Origin: Kofleriaceae bacterium
GTDB taxonomy: Bacteria; Myxococcota_A; Polyangia; Haliangiales; Haliangiaceae
Direction: 5' to 3'
Length of the DNA: 64,000 nucleotides
NCBI GenBank assembly: GCA_965215005.1
Contig: CBDCCZ010000044.1
Location: 110,522-174,521, forward strand
In this document: positions 1 through 11,138 of the stretch, piece after piece
Layout: the number at the start of each line of letters is the position of its first letter
Position numbering within the stretch: the stretch's first letter is position 1
The notes under the pieces: generated by a model
What the model saw: the letters and a program-made list of their open reading frames with translations, nothing else
Database searches by the model: none
Told to the model about the DNA's origin: nothing
Position numbers and translations under genes: made by a program

Positions 1-1
1 C

Positions 2-1093
2 ACGCGCACCAACCAAAATCTTGCCATCATGTCGATCGAAGAAGGCAACTGCGACCGCGCACGCGACTATCTTCAGGCGCTAAAGAACTCACGCGCAAAT
101 TCGCTGGTCTATCATCGACTCATGGGCCGTACTTATCTGTGCGGTCAGAAGGTCGATCAGAACTTGGCGTCTCGCCACTTTGCAGCGGCCGAGAAGCAGG
201 CAGCCGACGCCAACTTGATGCGCGCGGAGATCTACATCGAGTGGGCGCCGCTGCTGATGCGCACCAACATCGAAGATGCAGTGGACAAGCTGCAGACGGC
301 GGTGCAGTTTGCAGCTCGCACCCCCGGCGTGGGGGAGGCCGCCAAGCGCAACCTCGCGCTCGCGTTGTTCCGCCGTGGATGGGGCTACATGCGCGAAGGT
401 AAGAGCAGCCAAGCCGAGGCGGATTTCGAGCGCGCGGTGCGGGAGCCCCAGTTGCTGCGTGGCACCGAGCCGCTGGCATTCGAGTTTTCTTACGCGCTCG
501 CGCAGCTCGAGAATGGCAAGACGAGTGAAGCGGCAAAGATCTTCGGTCAGCTCGCGTCCAAAGGCGCCGCCAGTGCCTATCTCAAGGATCCCTACGACAA
601 GGTCGGCAACGAGTTCTTTGAAGCGTACGCAAAGTACCGCAGCGGGAACGTGGCACTGCGCCGCCAGGCGGCGACCGACTTCGAGCGCCTCCAGCGGGTG
701 GCCAAGGGTAAGTTCGCCGGCTCGATCCGTGATTTGGCGGCATCGGCTTGGGAGTACGTCGCGTTCGACGCGTACAGCTCGGGCAACGGCCGCGGTGCAA
801 CGGATGCGCTTCAGGGGGCGGCGCGCTCCGGTTCGGGGCGCGTCTCTCGCAGCATTTCACACAACCAGGCTGTGCTGCAGATGAGCGAGAAATCCTCGTC
901 GTCCCTTCTGAGCCGCTTCCAGTCCATGGGCGACAACCCGCCCGAAGCCCTCGTCAACGCCGGCATCATGTATGACCGTGCCGGCCAGCCCAAGCAGGCT
1001 TATGATGCTTGGGTGCAGGCGCGCTCCAAGGGTGTGAAGTCGCGTGATCTACAGAAGTGGATTGCGGCCAAGCAGCGCATCTTCGGCTACTGA
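2..1093 (+). CDS. TPR-repeat protein (5' truncated by window edge)
   Basis: Frame is open from base 2. Repeated helical TPR-like motifs ([42 protein letters not shown]). First gene of an apparent operon. Confidence 0.75.
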   Translation, partial: TRTNQNLAIMSIEEGNCDRARDYLQALKNSRANSLVYHRLMGRTYLCGQKVDQNLASRHFAAAEKQAADANLMRAEIYIEWAPLLMRTNIEDAVDKLQTAVQFAARTPGVGEAAKRNLALALFRRGWGYMREGKSSQAEADFERAVREPQLLRGTEPLAFEFSYALAQLENGKTSEAAKIFGQLASKGAASAYLKDPYDKVGNEFFEAYAKYRSGNVALRRQAATDFERLQRVAKGKFAGSIRDLAASAWEYVAFDAYSSGNGRGATDALQGAARSGSGRVSRSISHNQAVLQMSEKSSSSLLSRFQSMGDNPPEALVNAGIMYDRAGQPKQAYDAWVQARSKGVKSRDLQKWIAAKQRIFGY

Positions 1094-1117
1094 GACAAGG
1101 CGCAAGGGAAACCGTCC

Positions 1118-2044
1118 ATGAACAATAGGTTGGGAATTGGAATCGGCATCGCTGCGTTGGCCGCTTTGGCGATGATTTCGCTGGCGCGACGCGGCGAGAG
1201 CCAAGCGGCCTCTGGCGGGCTGGTGGTTGCCATGTACGCACCCACCGCAGGGTTCAGCACCTCTGCTGAGCGCCTGCAGTACCTGCAAGGACTGGCGCGA
1301 GCGATCGAAGGCAAGGTGGGCAGCAAGGTCGATGGGCGGGTGTATTCGAGCTTGAGCCAGCTGCGCAAGGCGCGGCCGGACTTCGCGATCATTCCCGGGC
1401 AGTGCTATGCGACGAATCGCGGTTGGACGTTGCTGGCGAATGCCCAGATTCGCGGCAGTGTGGAGCGTCCGTGGGCACTGTATTCGAGCGCTGGCTCCAG
1501 CATGCAGGCGCTGCGTGGCAAGAAGCTGGCCTACGTGCAGACCGGCTGCCGCGACGGCGAGTTCATCGAGAATGCGATGCTGGAGTCCGAGGTCGACATC
1601 AGCTTTTTCGCGGGGCGCGTCGGCAAGTCCGATATTGGTGGTGCGGTCGCGGAGGTCGCCTCCTACAAAGGTGCAGACGCGGTGTTCGCGCCGGTGGGGA
1701 TGCAAAAGGGTTTGGCGAAGGTGTTCGACACCGGCGATGTCGCCAATCCCGCGTTCGTACAGGCGAACTCGGATCTTTCGGGCCAGACAGTGGCCGCGGT
1801 GCGCAGCGCCGTGGTTGGCTACGGCGGTGGCGGCGCCATCGACGGCTGGGCTGGCGCTGATGAGAGGCCATTTCGAGTGCTCACCGGGCGGATGAGCAAG
1901 CGCGTGAAGCAGGGCGAGTTTGCAGATCCCACGCCGGTTCGTGTCGATGCGCGGGACGTGCTCGTGCCGCCGTCGACTCTCGACGAAACCGCGCTGCCGA
2001 CGGTCGGGCAGCATTTCGACCGTCCGCCGGAGCGACAACAGTAG
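1118..2044 (+). CDS. Exported PhnD/SsuA-type substrate-binding-fold protein
   Basis: N-terminal signal/TM segment; '[14 protein letters not shown]' and 'ADAVFAP' segments typical of type-2 periplasmic binding proteins. Confidence 0.55.
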   Translation: MNNRLGIGIGIAALAALAMISLARRGESQAASGGLVVAMYAPTAGFSTSAERLQYLQGLARAIEGKVGSKVDGRVYSSLSQLRKARPDFAIIPGQCYATNRGWTLLANAQIRGSVERPWALYSSAGSSMQALRGKKLAYVQTGCRDGEFIENAMLESEVDISFFAGRVGKSDIGGAVAEVASYKGADAVFAPVGMQKGLAKVFDTGDVANPAFVQANSDLSGQTVAAVRSAVVGYGGGGAIDGWAGADERPFRVLTGRMSKRVKQGEFADPTPVRVDARDVLVPPSTLDETALPTVGQHFDRPPERQQ

Positions 2045-2054
2045 AGAATGAAAC

Positions 2055-2558
2055 ATGGCCACATCGAGGGCACAGGTGGAGTCGGTTGCGCTGTCTTGGC
2101 GCATCAAGGAGCGGCCGGGATTCACGACGGTGGAGTTCTTCGGCGAAATCGATGAGAACGCCGATTTCGCCGAGCTTCGGCGGCGGCTGAAGGGAGCGGT
2201 GGTGTTCCATCTGGCGGAGGTTCGGCGGATCAATTCGTGCGGCGTTCGCGAATGGGTGAACTTCGTGCGCGACTTGCCAAACGTCTCCGACCTCACCTTC
2301 ACGCATTGCTCGCCGGCAATCGTGACCCAATTGAACATGATTTATAACTTCCGAGGTCGCGCCAAGGTTCGGTCGTTCTACGCGCCGTACATCTGCGAGG
2401 CTTGCGGTCACGAAGACGAGAAGCTCATCGACGTCCAGTCGCAATTCCCGAGTGGGCCCACCGAGGAGGTCCCGGAGTTTCGCTGCGAACAGTGCGGTGA
2501 ATTGATGGAGTTTGACGATCTCCCGGAGCGCTATCTTTCTTTCTTATCGGAAGCGTAA
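2055..2558 (+). CDS. STAS-like domain plus C-terminal zinc-ribbon protein
   Basis: GEIDE..F and '[15 protein letters not shown]' resemble the STAS core; CEAC and CEQC pairs in the C-terminus. Confidence 0.7.
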   Translation: MATSRAQVESVALSWRIKERPGFTTVEFFGEIDENADFAELRRRLKGAVVFHLAEVRRINSCGVREWVNFVRDLPNVSDLTFTHCSPAIVTQLNMIYNFRGRAKVRSFYAPYICEACGHEDEKLIDVQSQFPSGPTEEVPEFRCEQCGELMEFDDLPERYLSFLSEA

Positions 2559-2561
2559 GAC

Positions 2562-3905
2562 GTGGCTGGAGTCATAGAGCTCGCTAAACAGCTTCTGGAG
2601 GGCAGCGTCGATGCGGCGGTGATCCTCAACGAGGACCGGCGGATCCTCTATTATAACCGTGCTTACGAGGCGCTCTCGGGTCTCCGCGGTCGGCAGCTTC
2701 AGCAGCGAGTCCGCGCCGGCGTGCACTGCTATGAAATCTTTCCGCTCGAGATCTGCAAGACCGACTGCATAGGATGCAAGGCGCGCGACGTGTCACGAGC
2801 GCTGCGCATGGACGAGATCAAGGCGATACGCGGCGCTGATGGCGAGGAGCTCACGGTCATCGTGAGCGCGGTGCCCATTGCCACGGCCGATGAGCTCGTC
2901 ATCGTCGAGACCTACCGCGACGTGACTGCCGATGTCCGCATTCAGCGGCGCCTCAAAGTGCTGCTCGAGCGCGAGCGAGCTGCCAAGGAGAATCTCGAAG
3001 ACCAGGTGCGGAACCGTACCAAGGAGCTGCGGCAGGCGCAGGCGCAGCTGGTGCATCAGGAAAAGATGTCGTCTCTTGGTCGCCTCGTTGCGGGCATCGC
3101 ACACGAGCTGAATAACCCGATCAACTTCGTTTACGGCAACGTCGATTTTCTTGGCCAATACATGGAAGATCTGCTGTCACTGGTGCGGCACCTCGAAACG
3201 GTCGAGCTATCGCCGGAGCTCCGCGCCCAGCTCGAAACCATGAAGTCCGAGATCGAGTTCGACTTTCTAGTTGAAGACTCACGCAAGCTCATCCGCTCGA
3301 TTCGCTCGGGCGCCGAACGCACCGCCAGCATCGTTCAAGACCTGAAGACCTTCTCGCGAACCGGGGGCGGCGAGCTGCAAGAGGCAGACATCGCGGCCGG
3401 CATCGAGACCACGCTCAACCTGATCGCGCCGCTACTCAAGAACCGAGTCACCGTAGAGCGGCATATCGCCAGCAACTTGCCAAAGATGGTGTGCAACGCT
3501 GGTCATATCAATCAGGTGTTCATGAACATCCTCACCAACGCGGCGCAGGCGATCGTGGGCGAGGGTTTTATTCGCGTCAGCATCGAGTCGATCGACGAGG
3601 GCCAATCCATTCGAGTGGTGATTTCTGACGACGGTCCTGGAATACCCGCAGACCACATGGAAAAAATCACCGATCCCTTCTTCACTACCAAAGACGTTGG
3701 TGAGGGTACCGGGCTCGGATTGTGGATTTCAGAGAACATCGTGCGCGCTCACGGCGGCCGCCTCGAATGCATCAGTGCGCCGCATCGAGGTGCCACCTTC
3801 ACCGTAACGCTTCCGGTTCGCGCCCCGGAATCAGCGCGCGACGGTCTGGCGCTCAACGCTCGCCGTCCGACGTTGACCGCCGCGGAGAGTCCCCCTCGTG
3901 CATGA
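2562..3905 (+). CDS. Cytoplasmic PAS-domain sensor histidine kinase
   Basis: H-box AHELNNP, N-box [14 protein letters not shown]1 DDGPGI, F-box DPFFTTK, G2 GTGLGL; N-terminal PAS; no TM. Confidence 0.95.
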   Translation: MAGVIELAKQLLEGSVDAAVILNEDRRILYYNRAYEALSGLRGRQLQQRVRAGVHCYEIFPLEICKTDCIGCKARDVSRALRMDEIKAIRGADGEELTVIVSAVPIATADELVIVETYRDVTADVRIQRRLKVLLERERAAKENLEDQVRNRTKELRQAQAQLVHQEKMSSLGRLVAGIAHELNNPINFVYGNVDFLGQYMEDLLSLVRHLETVELSPELRAQLETMKSEIEFDFLVEDSRKLIRSIRSGAERTASIVQDLKTFSRTGGGELQEADIAAGIETTLNLIAPLLKNRVTVERHIASNLPKMVCNAGHINQVFMNILTNAAQAIVGEGFIRVSIESIDEGQSIRVVISDDGPGIPADHMEKITDPFFTTKDVGEGTGLGLWISENIVRAHGGRLECISAPHRGATFTVTLPVRAPESARDGLALNARRPTLTAAESPPRA

Positions 3906-4293
3906 AGCCGATCAACGACCTTGCTTGTTGGTGGTGGATGACGAACCGCTGAATCGTGAGCTCTTGCGGCGGGTGCTGCGCGAGTATCGAATCGAGGAAG
4001 CGGAGGATGCCACCGCCGCTATGCAGGTTCTCGAGCGATCAGCGGCGCACGTGCGCCTGATACTCTGCGATCAGCTGATGCCAGGCCTCAGTGGCACGCA
4101 GCTCGCGGAACGGGTGCGTGACCGTTGGCCCGACATCTCCTTCATGCTCCTAACCGGCTACGACGATGATCCGGCCGTCAAGAGCGCTCACGAGCGGGGT
4201 CTAGTGTGTGACGTCATCGCCAAACCGTGGCGCGGCTCGGCGCTCAAAGAGCTCATCGCCGATACCCTCGAGGCGACCATTTCGAGGCAGTGA
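3898..4293 (+). CDS. Single-domain response regulator (receiver)
   Basis: LLVVDDE, D in [17 protein letters not shown]; overlaps the kinase stop. Confidence 0.93.
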   Translation: MHEADQRPCLLVVDDEPLNRELLRRVLREYRIEEAEDATAAMQVLERSAAHVRLILCDQLMPGLSGTQLAERVRDRWPDISFMLLTGYDDDPAVKSAHERGLVCDVIAKPWRGSALKELIADTLEATISRQ

Positions 4294-4316
4294 CGTGTGC
4301 GAGCCGCCGGCAGGCG

Positions 4317-5339
4317 CTACTCGGCTGGCTGCGGCCACGGGAGCCAAGCAGCGACGCTCGCGTTGGCAATGACGAGCCTAGGCGCCGTGGTGCGAGGACC
4401 ATCCAGCTCTGCGCGATAGAGCGCGGGAGCGCCATCGTGGTCGCGGCCGAGCAAGGCGTATTTGCCATCGGGCGACAACGTCACGGCTCGATAGCCGCTC
4501 CAGCACTTGAACTCGCCGCCGACCGCGCGAACGATGCACGCGGCATCGGGTTCGGCCAACAGCAGCCACTCGGAATCGAGCGACCACTCCAGCGGCGTTG
4601 CGGCGCGGTTCAAGCGGCGTAGCGCGGCTGTGCCATCGAGGCGGAACGTAAACAACGTGCCATTGCCGAGCTCCTGCGCGCGGTGGTTCTTCTCCTTGCC
4701 ATCGGCTTCCAGAGCGTCGTTCTTATCGCGATAGAGGCCGACGGCGCGCGCACCGCTTGGGGCGACGAGGAGCTCGGAGCTGGGGCTATGGGGCGCCAGC
4801 GTGCGCTTAGAGCGCATGCTCGGCAGGGTTACGGCCCTAATACCGCGCTTGGTCGCGATGGCCAGTTCCGTGGGGGAGAGGAAGCCGAGCTGCTCGACGG
4901 TGCCGAAGCCGGCAGGAACGGCTCGCTCGACGGCGCGTTGCGCGCGGTTTAGCGCGATGAGCTCGAGCGTGCCAGAATCGGTGACGCACACGACGCAGCT
5001 GCCATCGGGTGCCAGGTGCGGCCTGCTGATGCATTTGAGAGGACGCGGCACGCGAACCTCGGTGGCCGAAGGGCGAAGCCAGTAGAACGCGCCGCCAGCA
5101 TCGAGCAGCAAGACCGCGCCGTTGTCGCTGGCTTCGATAGCGCGCAGATTCGCGGCGGTGACGCCCTCTGGAAGCGTGGCAATAGGAGCTTCGGCGCCGT
5201 CGCGCTCGGCAGATTCGACGCGGAACAAGCCGCTATCGCGAGCGAACACGATGGCGGTTTTTGCGCCGTCCTCGGCTCGCGCAGAGCCCGTTAGCGAGAG
5301 AAGCGCGGCGGTGAGTAACGCAGAAGCAACAGCACGCAT
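4317..5339 (-). CDS. Secreted beta-propeller-like (TolB/WD40-like) hypothetical protein
   Basis: Signal peptide ending ARA-E; repeated LAPDG/LSPDG/WSLDS blade motifs; start moved to ATG 5339. Confidence 0.6.
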   Translation of the reverse strand: MRAVASALLTAALLSLTGSARAEDGAKTAIVFARDSGLFRVESAERDGAEAPIATLPEGVTAANLRAIEASDNGAVLLLDAGGAFYWLRPSATEVRVPRPLKCISRPHLAPDGSCVVCVTDSGTLELIALNRAQRAVERAVPAGFGTVEQLGFLSPTELAIATKRGIRAVTLPSMRSKRTLAPHSPSSELLVAPSGARAVGLYRDKNDALEADGKEKNHRAQELGNGTLFTFRLDGTAALRRLNRAATPLEWSLDSEWLLLAEPDAACIVRAVGGEFKCWSGYRAVTLSPDGKYALLGRDHDGAPALYRAELDGPRTTAPRLVIANASVAAWLPWPQPAE

Positions 5340-5396
5340 GGCGAGGGCATACGACGGCCGGCGGGCGCCGGGCAAGCACGGAAACGTTGGCTTCGG

Positions 5397-5555
5397 CTAC
5401 ACGTCGGTCTTGCCGATGCTCTGCTTGGAGTCGTCGGGCACCGGCGCCGTCCTGGCCGCCGCCTCACGCCGCTCGCTGTAGCGGTCGACGAGAAACTCGC
5501 GGAGATCGTCTTCGAGGCTGGGTGCCTTCACTGGATTTCCGTCGTGATGACTCAT
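5397..5555 (-). CDS. Small 52-aa hypothetical protein, translationally coupled to arsC
   Basis: ATG overlaps the arsC TGA (ATGA); [30 protein letters not shown]... Confidence 0.4.
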   Translation of the reverse strand: MSHHDGNPVKAPSLEDDLREFLVDRYSERREAAARTAPVPDDSKQSIGKTDV

Positions 5556-5980
5556 GCGAGGTTCCGCTGCGCCGCGAGCACGTCTAGGCGGGCGCGCAGC
5601 TGGTCGCGCGCCACTCGGAAGTGGTGCAGGCGTTGCTCGTGGGTGAGCTGCTGGTGCTTGCGGTCGGGGTCCTGGAGTGGCCAGTGCATCCGCGGCGCAT
5701 TCGAGAGGAATACCGGGCAGGCTTCTTCGGCGCAGAGGGTGATGACGAGGTCGACGCTGGCGGGGTCGATGCTCTGTACCGACTTCGAGGTGTGTGCTCG
5801 CAAATCGATGCCGAGCTCGTTCATCACCTCGATGGCGAGCGGATTTACATTCGAGGGCGACGAGCCAGCCGACTGCACGCGCACCGCATCGCCGAAGAGG
5901 TGGCGGGCGAGGCCTTCGGCCATTTGCGAGCGCGCCGAGTTGGCCACGCACAGAAACAGGATCGAATCGTAGTGAGTCAT
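5552..5980 (-). CDS. arsC: Arsenate reductase, LMW-PTPase/thioredoxin-coupled type
   Basis: P-loop [30 protein letters not shown]; directly downstream of acr3. Confidence 0.93.
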   Translation of the reverse strand: MTHYDSILFLCVANSARSQMAEGLARHLFGDAVRVQSAGSSPSNVNPLAIEVMNELGIDLRAHTSKSVQSIDPASVDLVITLCAEEACPVFLSNAPRMHWPLQDPDRKHQQLTHEQRLHHFRVARDQLRARLDVLAAQRNLA

Positions 5981-5989
5981 GGCAGCCCC

Positions 5990-7027
<1,038 letters not shown>

Positions 7028-7197
7028 GATGAAGCCTCGGCGAGCAATCGTCAGAATGTGATTTAGCGATGACAGCTGGGTCGGCGCAGGCTAAACGAGA
7101 CGTTGTGCAATCCGCACGCTGCGAATAGGCAACGGCGGCCTCGCAACAGCACCGCTTGACCGTGCCGGAGAACCCAACTTGTAAGGCCGGCTCTTTC

Positions 7198-7217
7198 TAA
7201 TCGTCGATATACGATTA
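7198..7217. promoter_or_regulatory. Putative ArsR/SmtB-family operator
   Basis: Perfect AT-rich 7-6-7 palindrome TAATCGT-cgatat-ACGATTA about 170 bp upstream of acr3. Confidence 0.65.
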
Positions 7218-7394
7218 ATGAGCTGTGGTCGTCAAGGCGGATGGAGGACGCTGCGGCAAGGCGCGCTCAGGCCCAGCCGCTGCTCTGGGCGGGGACCACG
7301 CACAACCAAGCCCGGCGCCGAGCAAGCGCGGGCTCGAACGCGCGGCCTCGAACGCGATTGCGATTCGCACTCTATGGCGGGCGCGGCGACTCGC

Positions 7395-8603
7395 TCAGCT
7401 GACCGACTGCGCCAGTCGCTCGGGCTCGCTGCGGAGCGAGCTGATGTAACGGCCGCGACCGCCAAGGTCGAGCAGCAGCACGGGACCAAAGCGCGGGCAG
7501 TGGACCTCGAGGGTGCGTAGCTCGGCACTCACGGTGGTGGCCTTCTGTTCGAAGACCGGCCGCGACAGTGGGGTGCCGTCGATGAAGACCTCGCTGAGGA
7601 ACTCTAACGGTGCGATGAACTCGGCGCCATTCTCATGAATGCGATCGCGGACCACCCCGGGAAGCTCGCCGCGGCGCACAACCGCGTCGAAATCACGTTT
7701 TCCCAAGGCTGCTGCGACGTCGAGATCGAACCGCTCAGCGGGAAAGATGAGGAGCAGCCGATTTCCCAGCTCCGTGTAGGTCAGGGGCGGGCCGCTGGGC
7801 GCGGGCTCGGCGACTTCTGGCGCGGGCTTGGCCTCTTTGGCCGCAGTCTTGGAAGCCGGTGCGGCGGCGCTCGGCGGCGGTTTGCGGCCCCCGCTCGGCG
7901 CTCCGGGAATCAGCGAGAAGCGCTCGATCGCGGCGATCGCTTGCTTCATCTCGAGCGACGTTCGCACATCCCAGGTGCCATCGGCTTCGAGGCAGTCTAC
8001 GACCAGAAAATCGCCATGGCGCTCGAGCTTGACAGAACCGAGGTTGGCCAGGATTTCGGCCTCGGTTAGCTCCTCGAGTCGTTTCTCGTAGGCTGCAATC
8101 TTGGCCTCGAATTCGGGCTGCGTGAGGCGGTTTGCGCGCTTCTTGCCGTCGATGTCCAGGGTTGGATCGAGCACCCAGGGCAACAGGCAGATCGCTCGTA
8201 AGTCGACCGCCGAGCGTGCGGCGATGACCGCGTCGGCAACGCCGCCGGGCAGGCTGATGCGCCCCATCCGCACCGGCGCGCTGTCGCATATGCCGAGCAG
8301 CCGCTCTTTCTCGGGGCGCAGGTCGAGCTGCACGACGTAGCCGGACTCTGGATCTTCGAAAAGCGGGCCACTCGAGTCGTCGAAGATGAGCAGGCGCCGC
8401 TCGCCGCGCCGACGAAACGGCATGGAAGGCGATAGCTGCATCTCCAGCATCGGATCCTGCATATCGGGGTCGAGGATCTTGCGCCCGGCCGCCACGTCTT
8501 GGCCGCCAAGGGCCTCGAGCAGGACTTCGGGATCGATCTCGGCGCCCGTGTCGAAGATGAGGTCGAGGAGCAGACTGTCGAATAGACTATCGAGCGACAC
8601 CAT
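7395..8603 (-). CDS. Hypothetical protein (two domains joined by a Pro/Ala-rich linker)
   Basis: 402-aa ORF with natural composition, co-oriented in an operon; no family recognised. Confidence 0.75.
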   Translation of the reverse strand: MVSLDSLFDSLLLDLIFDTGAEIDPEVLLEALGGQDVAAGRKILDPDMQDPMLEMQLSPSMPFRRRGERRLLIFDDSSGPLFEDPESGYVVQLDLRPEKERLLGICDSAPVRMGRISLPGGVADAVIAARSAVDLRAICLLPWVLDPTLDIDGKKRANRLTQPEFEAKIAAYEKRLEELTEAEILANLGSVKLERHGDFLVVDCLEADGTWDVRTSLEMKQAIAAIERFSLIPGAPSGGRKPPPSAAAPASKTAAKEAKPAPEVAEPAPSGPPLTYTELGNRLLLIFPAERFDLDVAAALGKRDFDAVVRRGELPGVVRDRIHENGAEFIAPLEFLSEVFIDGTPLSRPVFEQKATTVSAELRTLEVHCPRFGPVLLLDLGGRGRYISSLRSEPERLAQSVS

Positions 8604-8636
8604 GGGTCTGGGCGTTTTACAAGCAGCCGCAGGGCA

Positions 8637-11138
8637 TTACAAGTAGCCGCTGCGTTGCCGCAGTAGCCACTCGAGCCCGAGGAACAGCAGCGCCGCGAGG
8701 AGCAGCCCGGGGCGGCTCCAAAGCTCGACATCGGCGCGGCGATCGACGCGGACGATGCGTGGCGGTGCAAAGGGCAGGGATGAAGGAAGTTCAGAGGCGG
8801 CGGCCAGGTGGGTGCCGCCGGTGCGGGCGGCGATTGCGGCGAGAGTGTCGTCGTAGGCATCGGGGCGATCGAGCTCGGCGCTGCCCTCGCGCACCATGAA
8901 GATGTCGGTGGCTTCGACCTCTTTACCAGCGACCGTGGCAGTCGCTCGCGCGCGATACACGCCCGGCTCCAAGCCGCCGAGGTCGACACTGCCGTCGCCG
9001 GCGTCGCCGGTTTTGACCGCGCGCTGCGTGACCTCCTCGAGCGCGTTCGGATCCGCGCCACGCCGCACCTCGATGGCGACTTCGGCGCCGGCAAGCGGCG
9101 TGTACTCGCGATTGGTGAGGCGCACGTCTAGCCGCACCGGCGCCCCCGGCTCGTACTGCACAGCGTCGCTCTCGACGTGCAAGTAGCGCAGCTCTGGATC
9201 GTGAATCAGCCAGCGGATGGAGTTTTCCCAGAGCTTGTCGTAGGCGCGACCATCATCGCCGGGTTTGGCGGCGGCAACGAAGCCCCAGCGCCACAGCGAA
9301 TCGGTGGTGACGACGAGCGAGCGACCCTGCCCGTATTCGCCCACTACCATGACCGGCAGCGGATTTTTTTTGCTCAGGCGCAGGCGAGGATGCACCGCGA
9401 GCACGGTGCTATCGGGTTTGGCGCTGGCAATGATGTTGGTGCCGCGCAGCGCTGGCAGCGCCGCCCACGCGGCCACGTTGTCGCGGCTGGCGAACCGCAG
9501 CGAGGTCACGGGATGGGCGCGCCCGGCTTCGGTGAGCTGCGGCGAAAACGGCTCCGTGTCCAGCAGCTGCTCGGGAGGCCGCCAGCTCTCGAGCAGCTCG
9601 ACCGGTAGCGCCTGCGCCACCGGCGTGTCTGCGTAACCGCCGGAAGAAAACGAGCGGTCGCCACCCAACATGACCAAGCCACCACCGCCTTCGACGTAGC
9701 TGCGAATGTTCTCCAGGTACACGCCGATCCCGTAGGGGCCGTACTCGAAATTTTGCAGGACGATGAGATCGAAGGACGGCAGCTCTTCTTGGAACAGCTC
9801 GCGGGTCGGAAACGGTATCAGCGACATTTCATCGTTGGACACGGCGGTCACGTCATCGTGGGTGCGCAAGATGAAGAACGAGATGAGATCGACATTGGGG
9901 TTTTGCTCGAGCATTCGGCGCAGCGCGCGGACATCCCACGACGGCGCGCCAGCGACTTGCAGCACGCGAATCTTGTCGCGGATGACGCGCAGCACGAAGA
10001 AGCGGCGATTGTTCTCACTCACCGCTTCGTCTTCGGCAACCGGCGTGGCGATCTCGTAGACGTACTTGCCAACCCGCGGCGGCGTGAGCTCGAAGACCAC
10101 CTTGGCTTCGTGCACACCCGCTTCGAGCTCGATCCACTGCTGCCGCAGCGGCTTGCCATCGCTGGAGAGCGTCACCGGAATTCGCCGCTTCGCGTAGCCG
10201 GTGGTTCGGACCACTGCCTCGAGCCGGACCACCGTGCGCACGAACGCAAACTCGTCGGCCATGACTTTGGCGATGGCAACGTCTTTGAGGCCCTGCCGGC
10301 CGACCCAGACGGTGTGCACTTTGGCTTCGAGGGAAGCGAGAAAATCGCGCGATGCGCCGTCTTTGGCGCCCACCTCGAAACCGCCGGTGCCGACGCCGTC
10401 GCTGATGAGCACCACGCCGGCCAAGTCGCGTCCTTCGTAGCGAGCGCGCACTTGTTCGAGTGCTTGGCGAATGAGAGTGGCCTTGCCGGTCGGCTCGCCG
10501 CGCGATGCACTGGCGAGCGACGAAGGCGTGAGCGCATCACTAAAGGTGTAAACGTCCAGGTGATGGCGCTTGCGCCAGGCGTCGAACGCCGGCGCCGAGG
10601 CATCGAGCAGCGTTCGCGCTCGCGCGGCGCGCGTTGGGCCATCGGCACTCTCTCCGAGTGCCATCGAGCGCGAGTCGTCGACGAGCAGCGCGATGCGGTT
10701 GGGCTCGCTCGCGACTTGCCGCAGCTCGACTGCCGGCTCGAGAAACAAAATGAGCGCCGTGAGAGCCGCGGCGCTGCGCAATCCCACCATCGCAGCACGA
10801 CGCCATGGCGAGGCGATGCGCGCGGTGGTGCGCCACGCCAGCGCGATGATGAGCGCCACCGCGACGAGCCCGAGGCCAACGCCGAGCCGCCCCCAAGGCG
10901 CGAGCAGTACCCAGCGATACTCATTGAAGTCGACCTGCTCCGGCGCCGCGGCCGACACCGCGAGGGCGATCAGCTGCTCGAGCACCAGCGCTCCCGCCGC
11001 CGCCGCCGCGGTTACCGCGCCGATGACCGCGAGTCCGGCGCGTCCACGGCGGCCGAGAAGCCACGCGAGCACGCCTGCGATGATCGCAAGCGCAAATAGG
11101 CTCCCGCGCTCACCACCGGTAAAGATGTGGACGTTCAC
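8637..11138 (-). CDS. Membrane-anchored vWA plus glutamine-amidotransferase-like (DUF1355-type) protein
   Basis: MIDAS-like DDSRSM and LISDG; GGGLVMLGGDRSFSSGGY; N- and C-terminal TM helices (EWLLRQR). Confidence 0.8.
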   Translation of the reverse strand: MNVHIFTGGERGSLFALAIIAGVLAWLLGRRGRAGLAVIGAVTAAAAAGALVLEQLIALAVSAAAPEQVDFNEYRWVLLAPWGRLGVGLGLVAVALIIALAWRTTARIASPWRRAAMVGLRSAAALTALILFLEPAVELRQVASEPNRIALLVDDSRSMALGESADGPTRAARARTLLDASAPAFDAWRKRHHLDVYTFSDALTPSSLASASRGEPTGKATLIRQALEQVRARYEGRDLAGVVLISDGVGTGGFEVGAKDGASRDFLASLEAKVHTVWVGRQGLKDVAIAKVMADEFAFVRTVVRLEAVVRTTGYAKRRIPVTLSSDGKPLRQQWIELEAGVHEAKVVFELTPPRVGKYVYEIATPVAEDEAVSENNRRFFVLRVIRDKIRVLQVAGAPSWDVRALRRMLEQNPNVDLISFFILRTHDDVTAVSNDEMSLIPFPTRELFQEELPSFDLIVLQNFEYGPYGIGVYLENIRSYVEGGGGLVMLGGDRSFSSGGYADTPVAQALPVELLESWRPPEQLLDTEPFSPQLTEAGRAHPVTSLRFASRDNVAAWAALPALRGTNIIASAKPDSTVLAVHPRLRLSKKNPLPVMVVGEYGQGRSLVVTTDSLWRWGFVAAAKPGDDGRAYDKLWENSIRWLIHDPELRYLHVESDAVQYEPGAPVRLDVRLTNREYTPLAGAEVAIEVRRGADPNALEEVTQRAVKTGDAGDGSVDLGGLEPGVYRARATATVAGKEVEATDIFMVREGSAELDRPDAYDDTLAAIAARTGGTHLAAASELPSSLPFAPPRIVRVDRRADVELWSRPGLLLAALLFLGLEWLLRQRSGYL

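Noticed and set aside
9753..11099. Long antisense ORFs (also 1049-2338, 23045-24079, 33234-33932)
   Set aside because: Expected stop-poor shadows of high-GC3 genes on the opposite strand
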